Positions 58,633 to 64,000 of a stretch of DNA of 64,000 nt are shown piece by piece. The notes below the pieces were generated by a model. The model made no database searches. It saw only the letters and a list, made by a program, of their open reading frames with translations, and was not told where the DNA came from. Every line of letters starts with the position of its first letter. Within the stretch, counting starts at the first letter, position 1. The position numbers and the translations under genes are program-made. Location: contig CBDBCS010000006.1 in assembly GCA_965203415.1 (NCBI GenBank), forward strand, positions 994,394 to 1,058,393. The letters are read 5' to 3'. Origin of the DNA: Alphaproteobacteria bacterium (GTDB taxonomy: Bacteria > Pseudomonadota > Alphaproteobacteria > CBDBCS01).

Positions 58633-59165
58633 TGGAGCCATGTTTTTTTCTCACGCTGGTGCAGTGTTTGGATATCGATGGGGGCGTAGGTGATGCCCTC
58701 GAGGGTGAGGCCTCGGGCGGCCTCTTGGTGCAGGCGAGCCCACCTCTGGGCGGAGAGTCTGCCATAAACCCGCACGCGATAGACGCGCGGGAGCGGACTC
58801 GTTTCCAGGAGGTGCTTGAGGACGGGCGAATTCGTCAAGAGCACCAAGCCCTCGCTGAGATAATCCAGGCGTCCGATAAAATGCGTGGCATGCATCCAGC
58901 TCGGCATGCTGTGGAAAATGAGCCGGCGTTCAAAGGGGTCGGCGTGGCTCACCAGTTCGCCGGGGGGTTTGTGATAGCTCCAGAGTCGAACCGGTTTCTC
59001 CTGCACAATTGTGCCGTTCAGAGCCACCCGGTCTTCGGGGCCGACGGGGCGCGCCGGGTCGGTTACAATCTGGCCGTTCAGGCGAATGTGCCCGCCCCGG
59101 ACCAGAGCCTCTGCCTTGGGATGCGAGGCAACGCCACACCGCCCCAAATAGCGAGCCAGCCGCAT
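58314..59165 (-). CDS. rluB: 23S rRNA pseudouridine synthase, RsuA/RluB family
   Basis: N-terminal S4 domain (MRLARYLGRCGVASHPKAEALVRGGHIRLNG), the catalytic block HFIGRLDYLSEGLVLLTN and LTEGKNQEIRRVM. The last about 100 codons lie inside the tandem array. Confidence 0.9.
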   Translation of the reverse strand: MRLARYLGRCGVASHPKAEALVRGGHIRLNGQIVTDPARPVGPEDRVALNGTIVQEKPVRLWSYHKPPGELVSHADPFERRLIFHSMPSWMHATHFIGRLDYLSEGLVLLTNSPVLKHLLETSPLPRVYRVRVYGRLSAQRWARLHQEAARGLTLEGITYAPIDIQTLHQREKKTWLQCVLTEGKNQEIRRVMRAFDLTVNQLVRVRFGPFALAGMRPRERRALAIANVPADVRKALSRDAYKVCNGETRKEKMTSQLQKQTRIRATSEKASQDAVSSSPGRP

Positions 59166-59167
59166 GC

Positions 59168-60798
59168 TTACATCATTTCATAGTTCGGGCCGCCGCCGCC
59201 TTCCGGCGGTTTCCAGACAATGTTTTGATTGAGGTCTTTAATGTCGCACGTTTTACAATGCACGCAATTCTGCGCATTGATCTGGAGGCGTACCTCGTCT
59301 GCCTTGTCGGTTTTGACAAACTCATAGACACCTGCGGGGCAGAAATTTTGTTCGGGCCCCCCATAGCGGTTCCAGTTGCAATCCACCGCCAAGTCTGCCT
59401 TCGTGAGGACGAGGTGTGTGGGTTGGTTTTCTTCGTGATAGACGTTCGAAAAAGTCAGATTGGTCAGTTTATCAAAGCTCAATTTTTGGTCGGGGGCGGG
59501 ATAGTCGGGTCGGCGGGCTCGGTCTTTAGGCAGAAGCTCCGTGTGGTCGGGGATGTTCCGGAAAGTCCAGGGAGCCCGCCCTCGGAACAGATACGTATCC
59601 AGAGCACTATAAGCGAGCCCCGCAAAGAGACCATATCGAAAAGAAGGACGAATGTTCCGAGACAAAAGGAGCTCTTGATAGAGCCAGCTTTCTCGAAACG
59701 CCTTGTCATAGCTTTCCAGGACAGCCCCCCCGCGCGGACCGGAGCCAGCCGCGTCAAAATGAGCCGCGATCGAAGCGGCCGCCAGCTGGCCGGATTTGAT
59801 GGCCCCGTGGGAGCCCTTAATTTTGGGCACATTCATAAACCCCGCCTCGCAGCCGACCAGGAGGCCGCCCGGGAAAGAAAGGCGCGGGAGCGATTGAAGC
59901 CCGCCCTCGTTGAGGGCGCGGGCCCCATAGGCGATTCGTTTGCCGTCTCTCAGCTGCCGTTCGATGCGAGGATGGTGTTTGAAGCGTTGAAATTCGTGAT
60001 AGGGCGAGAGGTGTGGGTTGCGATAGTCCAGGCCGATGACAAACCCGACGGCGATCTTGGTTGCATCCAGGTGGTACAAAAAAGAGCCCCCGTAACAATC
60101 CCGAGAGAGCGGCCATCCGAGCGTGTGCATGACGTTCCCGGGTTCGGTCTGAGGGACCTCCCAGAGTTCCTTCAGGCCGATGGCATAGCTCTGCGGGTCG
60201 CAATTCGCGCGGAGTCGATAACGCGTCATGAGGTCGCGCCCAGCGACCCTCGGCATCCCTCGGCAAAGACGGTAATCGGGGCAAGCAGAGCCATGCCCGG
60301 CTGAAAATTGGGTCCGGGCGTGCCTTGTTTATCGCGTCCCATGTCGCCGGTTAGGACGCCTTTGACGGCCTGGTCTGCGTCGAAGAGCAGCCCTGCGGCG
60401 GGGAAACCCGGAAAGATCTCGACGCCCAGCTTCTGCGCCTCTTCGCCCAGCCATCGAGTCACGAGTCCCAAGCTGACGATATAATTGCCTGTATTGCGCA
60501 TGGCGGGGGGCGTCGGGAGTCGGAAAGCCCTCTTTTCCGAGAGAAACATGAAAGTATCCGACGTCACCTTGGTGTGAATCGGAGCTCCCATGTTGGCCCA
60601 GTCCGGCAGGAGTTCGTCCAGAGCCCGCGTCTCGATGACGGCTCCGGATAAAATATGCGCCCCGATTTCGCTCCCCTTTTCGAGGACACATACAGCTAAA
60701 TCGGGGTTGAGTTGCTTGAGATGAATCGCACAGGCCAGGCCCGAGGGCCCGCCTCCCACGATGATGACATCGAACTGCATTTCCTCGGATTCGGGCAT
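59168..60798 (-). pseudogene. Electron-transfer flavoprotein-ubiquinone oxidoreductase (ETF-QO) split by a single frameshift
   Basis: The upstream ORF (60798-60226) has FDVIIVGGGPSGLACAI (FAD dinucleotide fold) ...TVFAEGCRGSL. The downstream ORF (60256-59168) continues with RDLMTRYRLRANCDPQSYAIGLKELWEV... and ends in the 4Fe-4S region (CPAGVYEF...INAQNCVHCKTCDIKD...W..PEGGGGPNY). The two frames abut at about 60236-60244. Confidence 0.85.
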
Positions 60799-60948
60799 GG
60801 GTCTCTCTCCTTGTGGATGGATGTCTTGCTCGGGACATGTCGCGCCGCCCCGACGTACCGGGCACTTTATTTTGTTTTGCGCTCGGCTGTCAAGTTCTGG
60901 GAGGGCTCTGCCTACGGGATTTTCTAGCCGGTTCTCGGCTAGTCTCGG

Positions 60949-61398
60949 CTAGCGTGGGTCCAGATTTTGTTCCGAAACGTCCAGCACAACGGGCGATTCG
61001 TAAACCCAGAGATTCCCAGTCAAAAGATCCACCGCGAAGCCGATCCCCAGGTTGAAAAAATTGAGCCAGAAACTCCCGTGGATATCGCGCCGCAGTCGAT
61101 GGCGGATGAGGCCGAAACGCGGGTCGGCCACGAATAAGAGAACTCGGCGATGCGTTCTCGGTACAGAAAAAACGGCAGGGAGGCGCTTAACGCGCACAGA
61201 TTGCGTGGTGTGTAGGTAAACCTGCGCCCCGTTCAGGCGCTCGGTGCGGGTGAGGACCTTTACGTTTTGTTCTTTATTTAGCAACAGCGTAGAGCACCCA
61301 CTCAGAGCGAACCAAAAGGCTAGGAGTTGCAAAAACAGGACAAGGCGTTGAAGCCAGAGGCCTCGAGGGGCGTACGCCAAAGAAGACAATGCGTTCAA
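60949..61398 (-). CDS. Hypothetical lipoprotein (start uncertain)
   Basis: Lipobox LLAFWFALSGC after a hydrophobic stretch. Candidate TTG starts at 61398 and 61389. The long N-terminal extension in the ORF track (to 61815) is low-complexity, includes an 11-bp tandem repeat (61456-61500), and looks non-coding. Confidence 0.45.
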   Translation of the reverse strand: MNALSSLAYAPRGLWLQRLVLFLQLLAFWFALSGCSTLLLNKEQNVKVLTRTERLNGAQVYLHTTQSVRVKRLPAVFSVPRTHRRVLLFVADPRFGLIRHRLRRDIHGSFWLNFFNLGIGFAVDLLTGNLWVYESPVVLDVSEQNLDPR

Positions 61399-62027
61399 TC
61401 CACGAATTTTGCTTAAAACAAGCGCGTTGTTTTGCGGCGATATAGGCTTGTCGCCCCGAGTCTGACCGAGTCTGCCCCGAGTCTGCCCCGAGTCTGTTGG
61501 AGTTTGCCGCCTCTGCCACGAGGGCCGCCAGAGCCCAATTACCTTATCACAGGCTCTCTCTGGCGACAACTTCCGGCGCGTGGGCCTAGAAGCAGTTCCT
61601 AGAAGAAGTTTTTTGAAAAAAATGAGAAAAGACCTTGCAGAGCAGAGCTCTATACTGTAGAAAGGAGTCTGTGCCCTTCCCCGCACGCCGTTTGTGGTGC
61701 TCTTTTTCGGTGCGCCTGCAGAGTCGGTGGCGGGAGGGCAGATGCTGTCGGAAATCGTGGTTTGTACACATAAAGCGGCTCGACCTGGTCCGTGTGGGTT
61801 TTTTGAACCCGGCACGAGGCCAGCGGGAGGCGAGATTTTGGTTTTTCCACTCGCTCCTGCAGCAAGGTCGAGAGCGCTGAGTATGTTGAGAGATAATATG
61901 GTGTCCCGCCGGTTCTAAAGGCTCGAGCACCGGGAACTCTTTTTCTATGTCTGTCGGACGAGGTTGGACCTCGGCTGGCGGCATAAGGAAAGAGACTCCC
62001 GAGGCAGACAGCTGCGAATGGCGTGGA

Positions 62028-64000
<1,973 letters not shown>

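Overview
This is a GC-rich chromosomal window that reads as alphaproteobacterial core genome, almost entirely syntenic housekeeping genes. All calls rest on motifs recalled by eye from the ORF translations, because no searches were possible.

Gene content, left to right:
- a partial XRE regulator, then a 1.7 kb gene-free, repeat-laden interval
- an RND efflux pair and a lone cheZ-like gene
- rpsD, a NeuD-type acetyltransferase, and rpmH-rnpA-yidD-yidC-engB
- a TPR lipoprotein and the F0 operon atpI-B-E-b'-b
- recO, rppH, gshB, parE, cbiB, a GT9 glycosyltransferase, priA, comF, pth and addA-addB
- an asparaginase-II family gene, pdxH, a J-domain protein, tRNA-Gly(GCC), a NifU-like gene, a USP, xthA and an IscA/ErpA-type gene
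- the lptD-surA-pdxA-rsmA cluster
- two tandem flagellin genes
- uraD-puuE, olsB-olsA, secA and rluB
- a frameshifted ETF-ubiquinone oxidoreductase and a small lipoprotein
- the 5' part of a 23S rRNA gene

I see no convincing novel multi-gene system (no defence, toxin or mobile-element cassette). The features that stand out are structural:
1. The 23S rRNA is interrupted at the helix-45 site by an insertion of at least 790 nt that runs off the window. The gene also has no 16S or spacer tRNAs upstream.
2. A fourfold tandem array of about 380 bp, with alternating A/B subtypes, spans the convergent secA/rluB 3' ends.
3. Short in-frame tandem duplications (9 to 30 bp) occur inside many conserved genes and in spacers.
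4. The gene-free interval contains an AT-rich island and a 13-bp x20 tandem repeat.
5. A single-base frameshift splits ETF-QO.
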